Positions 53,826-64,000 of a stretch of 64,000 nucleotides of DNA are shown here, piece after piece (within the stretch, counting starts at the first letter, position 1; each line of letters opens with the position of its first letter). The stretch covers positions 99,760,001 to 99,824,000 of the forward strand of contig NC_087472.1 in NCBI RefSeq assembly GCF_036321535.1, given 5' to 3'. The position numbers were made by a program, and so were the translations under genes. The stretch comes from Camelus dromedarius (taxonomy: Eukaryota). The notes beneath the pieces were generated by a model. That model was not told the origin of the DNA. It saw only the letters and a program-made list of their open reading frames with translations, and searched no databases.

Positions 53826-54131
53826 CGCAATTTCCACTTGCGGGGAGCAGGAAACCCAGCGCAGCCGGGCGCAGCGGGCCGCGATGCAGCAGCAGCAGGA
53901 GTCGCCCCGGGGCAGCAGCGGCAGCAGCAGCAGAGGCAGCAGCGGGCGGCGTTGAGCCGCCGCGGCCGCCGCTACTGAGGAAAAAGCCAGCCCAGCCGCC
54001 GCCGCGTCCCGACCCCCGCGCCCACATTCCGGCGCCCGGATTCCCCGCTCCCGAATCCCGGCGCCCTGACCCTCGCGTCCGCCTCCGCTAACTTTCACGC
54101 TGCTTCGGCGGCCCGGCCCGGCTCGACGCCA

Positions 54132-54135
54132 ATGG
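54132..54135 (+). CDS. SH3KBP1: SH3KBP1 (CIN85) first coding exon: ATG plus G of codon 2
   Basis: gacgccaATGG|gtgagt: ATG followed by a consensus donor inside the CpG island; fits the CIN85 start M-V-E-A split in phase 1 and synteny with BCLAF3. Exon 2 was not found in the window. Confidence 0.82.
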
Positions 54136-55469
54136 GTGAGTGGGGGGCGCCCGGGAGCCCACCTCAGCCTGGGGGCGGCGCGCCTGTCCCGGGACCGCGG
54201 AGCCGAGGAGGGCGTCCCGGGGGCAGGGCCCCGGCGGGTGACACCGCAGTGGGCACCCCGTCTGCCTCACGCAACCCCGTTCACTCCCACTCGCGTCTGC
54301 ATCCCTGCCGAGCCCGCGCGACGCCTACGGGAACCCCGCGGGGGCCTGGGCGGAGGACGCGGGGGCCGGCTGGGCGGCTCGGGCTGAGGGATGCAGGGGG
54401 TGTGGTTGGCTTTTCGGGTGGGCGGGGAGAGTTTTGTCTTGGCCATTTTCTCGCCCCCAGCGCGCCCTCCTCTGCGCTGAGGATACCGAGAGCTGGTGGA
54501 CTCCGGCCCTGAGCGGGGCTCGTGGTGCCCGCCTGACCCCGCCGCGGGGGAAGCCCGAATCTTGAGGTCTCCGGGCGGCCAGGTTGCCTTTGCCGGGGGC
54601 TGGCGTGGTGGGGGTGCGGGAAACGCCCCAGTACCCGGCCTGGCGTGCGGTCTTCGGGTCCGGAGAGCCTGACGCGCCTCCCTTGGCGTCCCTCTTCCTC
54701 CAAGTCCTGACCGCCTCTCTGCCTCCCTGCCTTTCTCCAGCCTGGCAAGCTCTCCGTTCTGTGATGCTCAAAGGCCACTTCCCACACCCTCTAAGTCTGC
54801 GGGGTTGGGGATCTGGAAACGGTGATTCAGTCCTTGATTACTGATCAAGCATCAGTTCCAAGTAGGCAGCTAATCGTTAGGCCCCCAGGGTATCATCTGA
54901 TATAGACCCCCAGAGTACTGGAACCACGTTGCCCAGAGGACCTGGCACTTTATTGGGCACTGGACTTGAGATTGCCTGGGCTATTAAGCGTTTGGCCCAC
55001 CCAGGTAATATTCTTGCTGGCAACCAGCCTCTGTTTTTCATGCTTCCGGCAGATTACTTTTAGGTGTTTCTAGGCCAAGCATAGGAAGACTGCCGATTAT
55101 AATAAATCATAATGAAGTGAGACCTTTCTGTGTTCAGGCCATAAGATTTAGGTAGGTGAGTCCGACAGTGATCTGTGAGCTGCCTCAGGAGGCTCTTGAA
55201 GACAGATGCACTGGAGGTTTAACCCAGTCAGTTGTTGACAGGTAAAGTTAAAATTCCATTTGTGGTCATTTGCCAAAAATGGTTTTCTTTTCCCAAAGTG
55301 TTGATGATCTGATGGCCTCTCAACTTCAAAGTCACTTTTTTTCTCAGTGTCTGTCTCCAATCCCTGCACTACTCCTAGTCTAAATTAGTTTCTTTCTGTT
55401 ACCCTTTCTCCTATAGTACCTGTTTAAGAAATAGCAGTGTTAACATTATTTATTTGAGTTTGTTTTAAC

Positions 55470-55597
55470 ATTTCTGTCCCCTACTGTAAGCCCCATGACC
55501 GTAGGGACAGTGCTGTGTTGCACTGTTTTGCTCAGCACTATTTTCTTTGGTGCCTGGCACAGAGCAGACTCTAAATAAACATTGGATGAATGAATGA
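55470..55597 (+). mobile_element. L2 3' end
   Basis: actgtaagccccatga...gtgcctggcacagagcagactc...tgaatgaatgaa. Confidence 0.8.
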
Positions 55598-57044
55598 AGG
55601 GAGGAAGGAGTATGAAACCTGCCTGCTCTGTGGAAGGCAAAACACTTAGCTTGACACTTAGCTTGTTTTGCTTTGGCATCTAATAAGATGATTTAGTTCA
55701 TTAACAAACTATATGCTTTAAACATCACCCATGACTTTAATAAACAGATTGGTTTCTCCTGAGGTAACCAAAAATGCTGTTTTGATCATCTCTAGTTTTG
55801 GGTGGGTCACCTAAAGGGTTGCACAAAAAAAGAAGTTAGATCCAAATGTCTTCTCCCTTGGCTATACTGTGCTTTCTGTATCTCAGTGGAAAGAGGATGG
55901 AGTCCTGATTAAGAAGAAACAGACCTGTTTATCATTCAAGTCTGAACTGTTTTCATCTTCCAGAACCTCCTAAGAAAATTAGAGAGTGCTTCTGTAGTTT
56001 AGAGTCCTTTCAGGCTTAATCTTTTTTACTGTAATCATTACAAAAATGGGGGGGGGGTGGCGCCAAAAGTGATTTTCATTTATTTCAGGTGTTTACGATT
56101 AGATGCATTAAGATTAAAATGGATGCTGTCATTTAACTCATTATAATGTCTAGAGCGGGATTTGAGGTGCTTGTAGTAGTTTGGGATGAAAGATCACCTG
56201 CAATTTTTAAAGCATCTTCAGCGATGTATTTCTGATGAGGTACAAGTATTTAACAGTCACTCTGTATGTCTTCTGATGGGTCCACCGAACAGTGCAGTTT
56301 CTGAACCGAGTGTGCATGGACACACAGGCATACCCCCTCCCCCAATCCCTCATATCTCTTTGGTTTTCAGAAGAGTTGTCCAGTTTATTGATTTGATACC
56401 TTTCCATTCTTACTTGGCCTGATAATGATTTTTCTGTTAGTGGATAACACAATAAAACTGTATTACATAGTGTTTGATCTGAAAAAATACCTGCAGAGCA
56501 TCAAATTTTGAACACTGAGATGAAGCCAGTTAGTTGTGAAATGGCCTCTTACCAAAGCCCGCTCAGAATGTGCCCTCTGAGCTTGCAGGGAGCTGCATTC
56601 AATGCCAGATGCAGGGTTCGGCTCTTGTAATTACAACTGCGCAAATATTATTATGACTCAAATCTGTGAGTAGTGGAGGGTCGGCAAACCCAGCGAATGA
56701 TTTCTATTTTAAGAGTTTCAGAGTCACAACAAAGTTTGGACTGTTTTTAGCAATGTATGGTATTGGTGGGGGGGGACTGCTTTATGCTAAATCAACAAAA
56801 GCTAAAATGAGTATAACATGTTGACCTCCACAAACAGGCTGGTGTTAGAAATGGAAGAAAAGGCTCTGCCTTTATCTGTCATGCCCTTTCCTTTATCCCC
56901 TTCCATCCATCATGGCTCAGGCAAAGCCCTGCTACCTTCCTGGTCTACAGACCTTGGTTGTTTCTTCTCTGACCGCTTCAGTTCTTTCTGCGTTACTGAC
57001 ATTGTCTCATCAGCTTGTTTTAAAGTCAGTTGCACACAGTGGTC

Positions 57045-57500
57045 AGTATTCATCCATTTATCCATCTATCTGTCCAATATTTATTGACCTCCTGCTCTGC
57101 GCCTGGTGTTGTGCTGGGAGCAGGCACACAGCACACGCAGACCTGCCGGCTTGGCTTCTTGGTCTAGTGGGAGAGGTAGGCTTGAGTGTGATACTTAAGA
57201 TAATTCGTAATTATAAGCTGTGGTAGGTCTCGTGAAAGGAGGTTAGAGGGGGGGAATCTGACTTAGGCCTCAGAGTGGTAAGGACAGTATCTGAGGAGGT
57301 GGTGTTTGAGTTGGAACCTGAAAGTTGAGTTGGAGTTGGCACTGCCCTCCCCTCCCTCCCACTGGCCTCTCCTGCTCCTTGCGGAAGGAGAACACACACC
57401 ATGGGGAACCACAGGGCATCCCCGTGAGAGGGGGTCAGGAAGGACCGCACTAGGAGTGGGGCCTGTGTCAGGTGCTTTGGGGAGCATTTAAGGAAGCCAG
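57045..57500 (-). mobile_element. L2 fragment
   Basis: atatttattgacctcctgctctgcgcctgg...ctgaggaggtggtgtttgagttggaacctgaa. Confidence 0.75.
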
Positions 57501-58129
57501 GCACTGCCCTGGGTTGGATGCTGTCAGGAAGCAGGGGTGATTCCATGATCGGGTGCTTTACTAATCTTCCCAAGAAGCGGGAAGACCAGGCAAAGGCTGG
57601 GCTTGGTGAAGAAGCAGCAGTCACTCAGATGAGTCAGGAGCTAGGGACTTCTGTGGTTTGGACAAGTTCCTGCTTTGTCCGGGTTCTGACATGATTCCTG
57701 AGTAGTCTTGTTTTTGTCCTGGCCCATCCTGCTCACAGAGTGGCCTGGTCTGATGTTGGGGTTCTGGGGAATTGTTTATGCTCAACAGGAGAGCTCCCGG
57801 CCAGCTCCTGATGGATGCCAGGGGCTGCTTTTCTCTGTCTTGAGTTAACTAAGGAGTGAGTGGGGGTAGGGATTAGGAGGTGGTGGCGGTGGGGAGAATG
57901 GTTGTCCAGGTGTATTTGGGGGTGACTTCCTTAATATCGGGTGGCTCTAGTCTGGGCACTGTTGCTCAGCATTCAGCAGAACAGACGACTGACTCGCTCT
58001 ACCCGGGAAGAGACAGGGGAACAGAGCAAGGTGCTGAGAACCAAGAAGCAGTGCGGCTCTTAATGGGGAAGGTGCAGGGCAGGGGAGTACTGGACTCCTT
58101 GCAGTGTGGGAGGAGGAGGGTCTCTAATA

Positions 58130-58305
58130 CAGTGGTTCTCAGAGTGTGGTCCCCAGCCATCAGCTTCAGCCTCCAGGGTTCCTGTTAGAGATATCACTTC
58201 TCTGGCCCCAATTCTACCTACTGAGGCAGGAACTCTCTGGGTATTGCCCAGCAATCTACATATTAACGAGCCCTCCAGGCGGTTCTGATGCATGGTCAAG
58301 GTCAA
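58130..58305 (+). mobile_element. MER5A
   Basis: cagtggttctcagagtgtggtcccc...ttaacgagccctccaggcggttctgatgca. Confidence 0.85.
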
Positions 58306-58696
58306 GTGTAGAACCTCCTTGCCTTGCAGATGAGAAAACTGAGGTCCAGAGCGTGTGGGTGCACGGGCACCCTGGTCATTAAGATGCTGTTATAAGTGAC
58401 ACAAGACCTCAGAGAAGGAGAAAAATGTGATCCAAGTTCAGAACAAAGCTCTCATGGAGTTACTAGAAGAGTTCACAGTTGATTGACCCATGAATCCAGT
58501 CCAAGCCAGATCTCCAACACCTGGGCATTAGTGATGCTAGCCGGCCCATCTTGGTGTTAGTCACTTGGACTTTTACTGAAGTATCATACATCATCCTTTT
58601 TTCCCCCTCCATCCTCTTTAGAAGGGACATGGCAAATACATTGCTAGCATTATTAAGGTTTTTGATATTTGTTTGTGGTTTTCTGTACCTGGTACC

Positions 58697-59005
58697 TGTA
58701 TTAGTTTCCAATTGCTGCTGTAACAAATAACCACCTGCTTGGTGCCTAAAATACCACAGGTTTATTATCTTAAAGTTCTGGAGATCAGAAGTCCAACACA
58801 ATCTCATTGGGCTAAGATCACCACATTGGCAGGACTGTCTTCCTTCTGGAGGCTCTAGGGGAGCATCCCTTTTCTTTTTCCCCACTTCTGGAGTCTGCCC
58901 ACATTCCATGGCTCATGGCCCCCTTCCATTTCCCAAGCTGGGAACGGCCGGCCAAGTCTTTCTCACATGTCACCCTGATACTGGCTCTTTGGCCTCTCCC
59001 TTCCA
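58697..59005 (-). mobile_element. MLT1C/D-like LTR fragment
   Basis: tgtattagtttccaattgctgctgtaacaaat...ccttctggaggctctagggga. Confidence 0.87.
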
Positions 59006-59536
59006 TGTGTAATGAGGGCAGGAGCTACATCTGTCTGGTCACTATGTCCATGTGCCCGGCTCATAGTCAGCCTAAAATTAATATTGGTCAAATTCATTAT
59101 TATTCCTAACTTGTAGCTGACTTCCCCCAGGTGTGTCCTGACACCTCAAACAGAGCCTGCGGCAGACTGAGCTCAGCATTTCTCCCTCTTAACACCCATC
59201 CTGACTCGCTTGCTCCCTATCGCCTTGCGGGTGTTACCAGTTTTCCTGGTGCTTCCATAGGTATTCTGCTTATTGCCTTGCCCTTCTTCCTTCCCCGTCC
59301 CCTCTCTCAGCCCTTTCCAGCCAACAGTCAAGCCCCAAATGTTTCTGGGATTGACCCCATGTCTTGACCCTTCTGCCAACGCTTTCCATCCTGGATGTCT
59401 TAGCAAAGGCTTCGTGATGCTGGGCACCCACCTGTGCCTTTTTCTCTTCCCTGCTCATTCAGGCCTCTGAGCCTTTCCCATGTCGTTCTCTTGGTGGAGA
59501 ACAGATTTCAGTCTCTTCTCTGCCTTGTGGTCTCCC

Positions 59537-59966
59537 TGTGTTAGTTTCTTCTTGCTGCTGTAACAAATGATCACAAACCCAGTGCCTTAAAACAATATAA
59601 ATGTGTAACCTTACACTTCCAGAGGTCAGAGATCCAAAGTGGGTTTTACTGGGTTGATAGTGAAATGTCAGCAGGGATGAAGTTCCAGTGGCGAATCCAT
59701 TTCTTTGCCTTTTCCAGCTTCTGAAGGTGGCCTGCATTCCCTGGCTTGTGGCCACATCACTCTAACCTCTGCTTCTGTCCCCATGTCTCCTTCCCTCTTA
59801 CTCTGGAAGGACTGCTGTAATACACTGGGCCCACCCAGATGATCAGGATCCCCTCCCCATCTCAAGATCCTTAACTTAATCCATCTGTGGTGGAAGGTAG
59901 CATAGTCACAGGTTCTGGGGATTAGGGTGTGGACATCTTTGGGTGGCTATTATTCAGCCCACCACA
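59537..59966 (-). mobile_element. MLT1C/D-like solo LTR
   Basis: TG...CA ends; 5-bp flanks ctccc/ctcct. Confidence 0.88.
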
Positions 59967-60039
59967 CTCCTTATTCATCTTTTGAGGCCTGCTCTGAAGG
60001 CTGCAGTGCAGCACTTCATCTTGTAGTCAGCTGCTCATC

Positions 60040-60141
60040 TCTGACTGGGTGTCCCCAACTGCATTGCCCTAGCTCACTGCCTGGCACTCAGGAAGTGCCG
60101 TATGTTCATGAATGAATGAATGAGTGAGTGAGTGAGTGAGT
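60040..60141 (+). mobile_element. L2 3' end
   Basis: tgcctggcactcaggaagtgcc followed by a (tgaa)n(tgag)n tail. Confidence 0.7.
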
Positions 60142-60368
60142 AACCCTTTCACCCAAGTACAGTTACTACTTGAAATTCTCCGAGGCTGTTGGCTGCCAGG
60201 AGCATGTGTGCAGTTCTGTAAAGTCCCTCAGGCAGAGTGCGCTGCCAAGGTCCATTGGCTGACAGTTTGTGGTGGCCTGCACGGCAGTGGGTGAGAAGGG
60301 TAATGTCACACGTTTCACATAGCTTCAACAAAGAGCTACAAGTTTTCAAGACAGCAGATTCTCTCTGG

Positions 60369-60563
60369 CAGTGGCTGTCAACCAGGGGCAGTCCTGCCCC
60401 CCAGGGGGACACTTGGCAGTGTCTGGAGGTCGAAGCTGGTTGGGGAAGGGCAACTGACTGGCACCCGGAGGGTAGAGGCCAGGGATGCTGTTCCACATCC
60501 TGCAGTGCACAGGCAGTCCCCGCCCCACCCCAGTTATCCTGCTCCGAACATCGGGGAAGCCTG
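60369..60563 (+). mobile_element. MER20 (hAT MITE)
   Basis: cagtggctgtcaaccaggggc...gggacacttggcagtgtctggag...gggtagaggccagggatgctg. Confidence 0.85.
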
Positions 60564-61119
60564 CTCGGGGCATTACACAGATGCTCAAAGCACTGGGTCC
60601 TTCCTTCATCCCTAGCCGCTTGCCCTGGAACATAAGGTTTTCCTTTGCAGCCTCAGCTTTTGTTTTATGAATGAACCAAGAAGTTATTGGAGAGCAGAAC
60701 TCTTTGGCACGTCTTCACCATTTTATCCTTTGAATAGAAAGTGTCTTAACACAGCTCTTGCCCCCCTTCTGTTAAGACCTTGATCACGAAGTGGTTAAAC
60801 TTAGTTCTTCCATATGCGGCTCCCTTGATGTCTTCCGCCTTTCCTGTGGTATGTGCTTATATGCCGGCTGACAGATGATGGGTCCTTTCGCCACCCACCC
60901 ATCGGTCCTTGGAACTGAAGGGCTGGAGGGGTCCTTGGCGGTCATGGCCCACGCCATCAGATGATGAAACCGAGACTCAGAGAGGCAACTTGACATGGTC
61001 CCCAGAACCCAGCTCCCTTTCAGTATGAGAGAACCAGCAGCCTATCTAGGGGCTCAGTAAATATCAGGCCCCGGCTTCCCCCAGTGAGGTGCTTTCCTCA
61101 GCCTGTTTCCCTGGTGAGG

Positions 61120-61360
61120 TTTTTTTCAAACAGCTTTATTGAGATACAACTCACCTATCATACAATCCACTCATCTAAAGTATGTAATTCAATGTTTTTT
61201 GTATATTACTGTATTCATTTTAAAAATGATGGTCAAATATACATAACAAAATTTGCCATTTTAACCAGTTTTAAGTGCACGACTCCATGGCATTAAGTAC
61301 CTTCACAGAGCTATGCAACCAGCTATTTGTCTATTTTAAAAACTTTTTCATCACCCCTCC
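61120..61360 (-). mobile_element. Two abutting L1MB-like 3' termini
   Basis: cagctttattgagatacaactcac... and aaatttgccattttaaccagttttaagtgcac... Confidence 0.78.
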
Positions 61361-62729
61361 CTGTAAGTTTCTAACTGGAAGGTGTCCCCTGGGGGTTCCT
61401 GGACCCCCTCCACCATCTGGGGGAACCCGTGGTGGAAGCCCAAGGATTCCAGTTAAGATTCCAAAGGAATATAGGGAAAGAGAAAGTGTGGTTTTGTTGT
61501 TCTTTAATGGTTTTAGCTGATATTTCCTTTGGGGGGGGGATACTTCATTTTTGCTCTGTCCCGCTCCCTTGGTTATATCCCTTTCATCCTGTAGGGGAAT
61601 TTTGCCTTTCCTTTTATATCCTGATGCATTTGTGAGTTAGTTGCTCGGGCAACTTCCTTGGCAATTATGGGGGTCCATTAAGAATATTTCACTCACGGGA
61701 CAAAGCACTGCAGTCAAACTCGTCTCTCGTATCCACACGTGGAGGGTTGGTGGAGTTTCACATTTCTGCGCTCACGGTCCTTCAGTGGGCAGAGGTACAC
61801 TGGCAACTGGTTGATTATGAGCACTTGGTTTTCAACTTGATTGTTATTTTCTGAATAAATATCTTGCAGATAGTTGTAGAGTTTACGTTAGGGGACACTT
61901 AAACAAAGCAGAATGGAGCTCGTGGACCTTACCTCACTGATAAAGTGTGCTTATAGTTAAGCTCAGGAGGGAAAAACAGTGATAACAAAAAAATCCTGGG
62001 CTATTTGTTCTCCCTGAGCAGTATTGTCTGCAAGAAAAGCCCAGTAAAGGGCTTAGCTTGTTGCTTTCCAGTGGCCGAGGAAGTGGAGGGGCCACTGCAG
62101 GTGTAGGGGGCAGGGTGGTGAGATGACGTGCTCTTCAGTTCATGCCACTGTGTCTTGGATTAAATACTATAAATATTTCAGCGCTCATTACTTACTTATT
62201 TTGCATAACAAATTTAAGTCCGTAAGCACCCAAGTACGGCACGTATGGACAGTTGAAATGACTGGCCCATGAAACTTCAGCATCTTACCAGTCAGTACTC
62301 AAACATCAGCCCTTGTGCTTTTGCCAGATTTTTCTAGACGGTTCTAGACTCAGAAGACTTGGGGCCCAGTTCTAGGTCTGGTCCTCTGGGGCTGCACCAG
62401 TTTTTTCCACGGCACATCAGCTCCCCGAGTGAAAAGTCTTTAATTAGCTTAGTGTCCTCTAATCATTTCAGCTAGTTCTCACTTTTGTGCCTGGGGCTGG
62501 AAGGAGGTGCAGGAATCTTGTTTTGGGTGAGGACTGGGAAGGGCCGCTCTGCCTTTGCTCACTCCGCCCTGTTGCCAGCTTCTTCGTGGTGCTCCATCTC
62601 CCACGCCAGACCCTTCCGGATGCTCCCTTTGGCTGCCTTCTGCTTGAGGAGTTTACATGCTAGCTGGGTGAGATTCATTTGACACCCATGGCTTCCTAAA
62701 TGGGCTCTGCCTTTCTCCTGTTTGATCAT

Positions 62730-62732
<3 letters not shown>

Positions 62733-62760
<28 letters not shown>

Positions 62761-62787
62761 GCGCGCGCGCGCACACACACACACACA
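62733..62787. repeat. Compound microsatellite (AC)14(GC)6(AC)7A
   Basis: Read directly. Confidence 0.95.
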
Positions 62788-63639
62788 AAACCCTCTTGAC
62801 ACCTTGAACGAGATGGAACAGTTTTCACCACTTATCCAATGTTCTCACTGCCCCTTTGTTCTCAGCACAATGTTAGATGGGGAACAGAGGCGCCAACTCA
62901 GATCCAGTCTGTCAGTCAGCTCGTTGGTGATACCTACAGCAGGCTGGGCAAAGTCAGTGTTTGTTAATTGACAGGGATTTTTTAGCTTAATTGCTACCTG
63001 TGTCAGGAAAGGAGTGAAATGAAAGTACTCGGTTTTTTGGAGGGCCTGGGAGGGCAGAACGAAGGTAGGGGTGTCACCGACAGAGGAAGACATTTGTAAG
63101 GGGTGGCGGTTTGCACTGTCCCTGTTTGTTAGGCAGAGACGCTGCAGCTGCTGGCCTGAGACATGCTTACATTCTTTTTTTAAAGTTAGTTTTTAGAATA
63201 AGTTAAACGTCCACATGACTCCAAATTTAAAAGATGAAAAGTGCTTATAGTAAAAAGGCTCCCCTCCGTCCCAGTCCTTGGGCTCTCGGTGACCCTCCCC
63301 ATGCACTGTTGATCTTTCTCAGCAGTTCTTCCAGGGAGACTTCGTGCACATGGCAGCAGGTAGGTACTTCTGTGGTCTCCCTGCCTCCGTTTTACGTCAG
63401 GATTCATTGTCAACGGGAAGACACTCTAGTTGCTGATTTTTTCCCCTGGGAATGTGCCTTGGAACTCTGTGCCTGGGTCCTCCCATCTGATTCTATGGAG
63501 GGACAGGTGTATTTTGGAAGAGTTCTCCAGGAGATTCGGCTGTATATTCCTTAGTCTCAACTGATCTAGATTCTTAACTGGGAGAAACTTACCCAATCTA
63601 GACCTCGCTTCTGAACTGAGGAGGTGTCTGCCCACTTTG

Positions 63640-63930
63640 ATGCTGTGTATGTAGTAAGGACTTTCTTCAAGTGAGGAAGCCCAGCAGAGCCTACTTACCT
63701 GAAAAAAGGTTTATTCAAGGGCCACGGGGGCCTCTGATGCAGCCCAAGGGCCCCAAGAAGTCCCAGAACCAGGGGTGGGTCAGCCGCCCTGTGTGCCCCC
63801 TGCCTGGCCCCTTCTCTCCGTGCGCCTCACTTGCAGGGCACGCGCCACAGTTCCATCCACTTGTTAACAGTGGCTTGATTCAATCCCAGTTCCAAATTCC
63901 CATTAGGGCGCTTCTGAGCCCGTTGGAGTT
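63640..63930. mobile_element. Old MLT1 (J/K-like) fragment
   Basis: aaaaaaggtttattcaagg and cccagttccaaattccca motifs; weak. Confidence 0.35.
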
Positions 63931-64000
63931 GGTGTCGCTCCCCTGGAGACACACAAGACATGCTCCCTCTGTGCCCACATCTGTGAGGGGAGGGACTTCT

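Larger units (their letters stand above)
53700..54131 (+). other. SH3KBP1: SH3KBP1 exon 1, 5' UTR (TSS approximate)
   Basis: Between the GC boxes and the ATG; the 3' end (cggcccggctcgacgccaATGG) matches my recollection of the CIN85 mRNA leader. The TSS cannot be read from sequence. Confidence 0.65.
53370..54710. promoter_or_regulatory. SH3KBP1: CpG island / SH3KBP1 promoter
   Basis: Abrupt very GC- and CpG-rich block of about 1.3 kb spanning exon 1; no TATA box seen. Confidence 0.93.

Noticed and set aside
54132..54512. 126-aa ORF from the SH3KBP1 ATG
   Set aside because: It reads through the gtgagt donor into intron 1; only ATG-G is exonic.
53230..54844. Many 120-236 aa ORFs on both strands of the CpG island
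   Set aside because: Stop-poor GC-rich DNA; low-complexity products with poly-K/poly-F from the T22 tract; no recognisable domain.

Overview
Mammalian genomic DNA, most likely camelid (a Vic-1-type tRNA-Ala-derived SINE lies at 34562-34706) and probably X chromosome (the BCLAF3 then SH3KBP1 order matches my recollection of human Xp22). The + strand carries the last eight coding exons of BCLAF3/CXorf23 (THRAP3/BCLAF1 family, 3436-27676). All eight have AG/GT boundaries and compatible phases and splice to about 289 C-terminal residues ending ...RLLRKKK-EYTNIVPAI*. The 3' UTR follows. About 25 kb of intergenic DNA, mostly old transposon debris (L1, L2, MIR, MLT1, MER5A, Tigger1), leads to a CpG-island promoter and exon 1 of SH3KBP1/CIN85, which codes only ATG-G (54132-54135), and then the start of its intron 1. 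Apart from those overlapping the exons, the supplied ORFs are chance ORFs or decayed L1 fragments. I found no convincing new multi-gene system. The best leads are small-scale: a stacked SH3KBP1 5' leader ((CGG)7-AGG, T22, a uORF, an in-frame CUG), BCLAF3 splice and poly(A) features, a twin-primed inverted L1, a duplicated CpG-rich MER21 LTR, nested insertions, poly(A)-only insertion scars and a 55-bp Z-DNA tract. Gene and repeat names come from recalled sequences, not database searches. Repeat edges are approximate unless a TSD or TIR is quoted.
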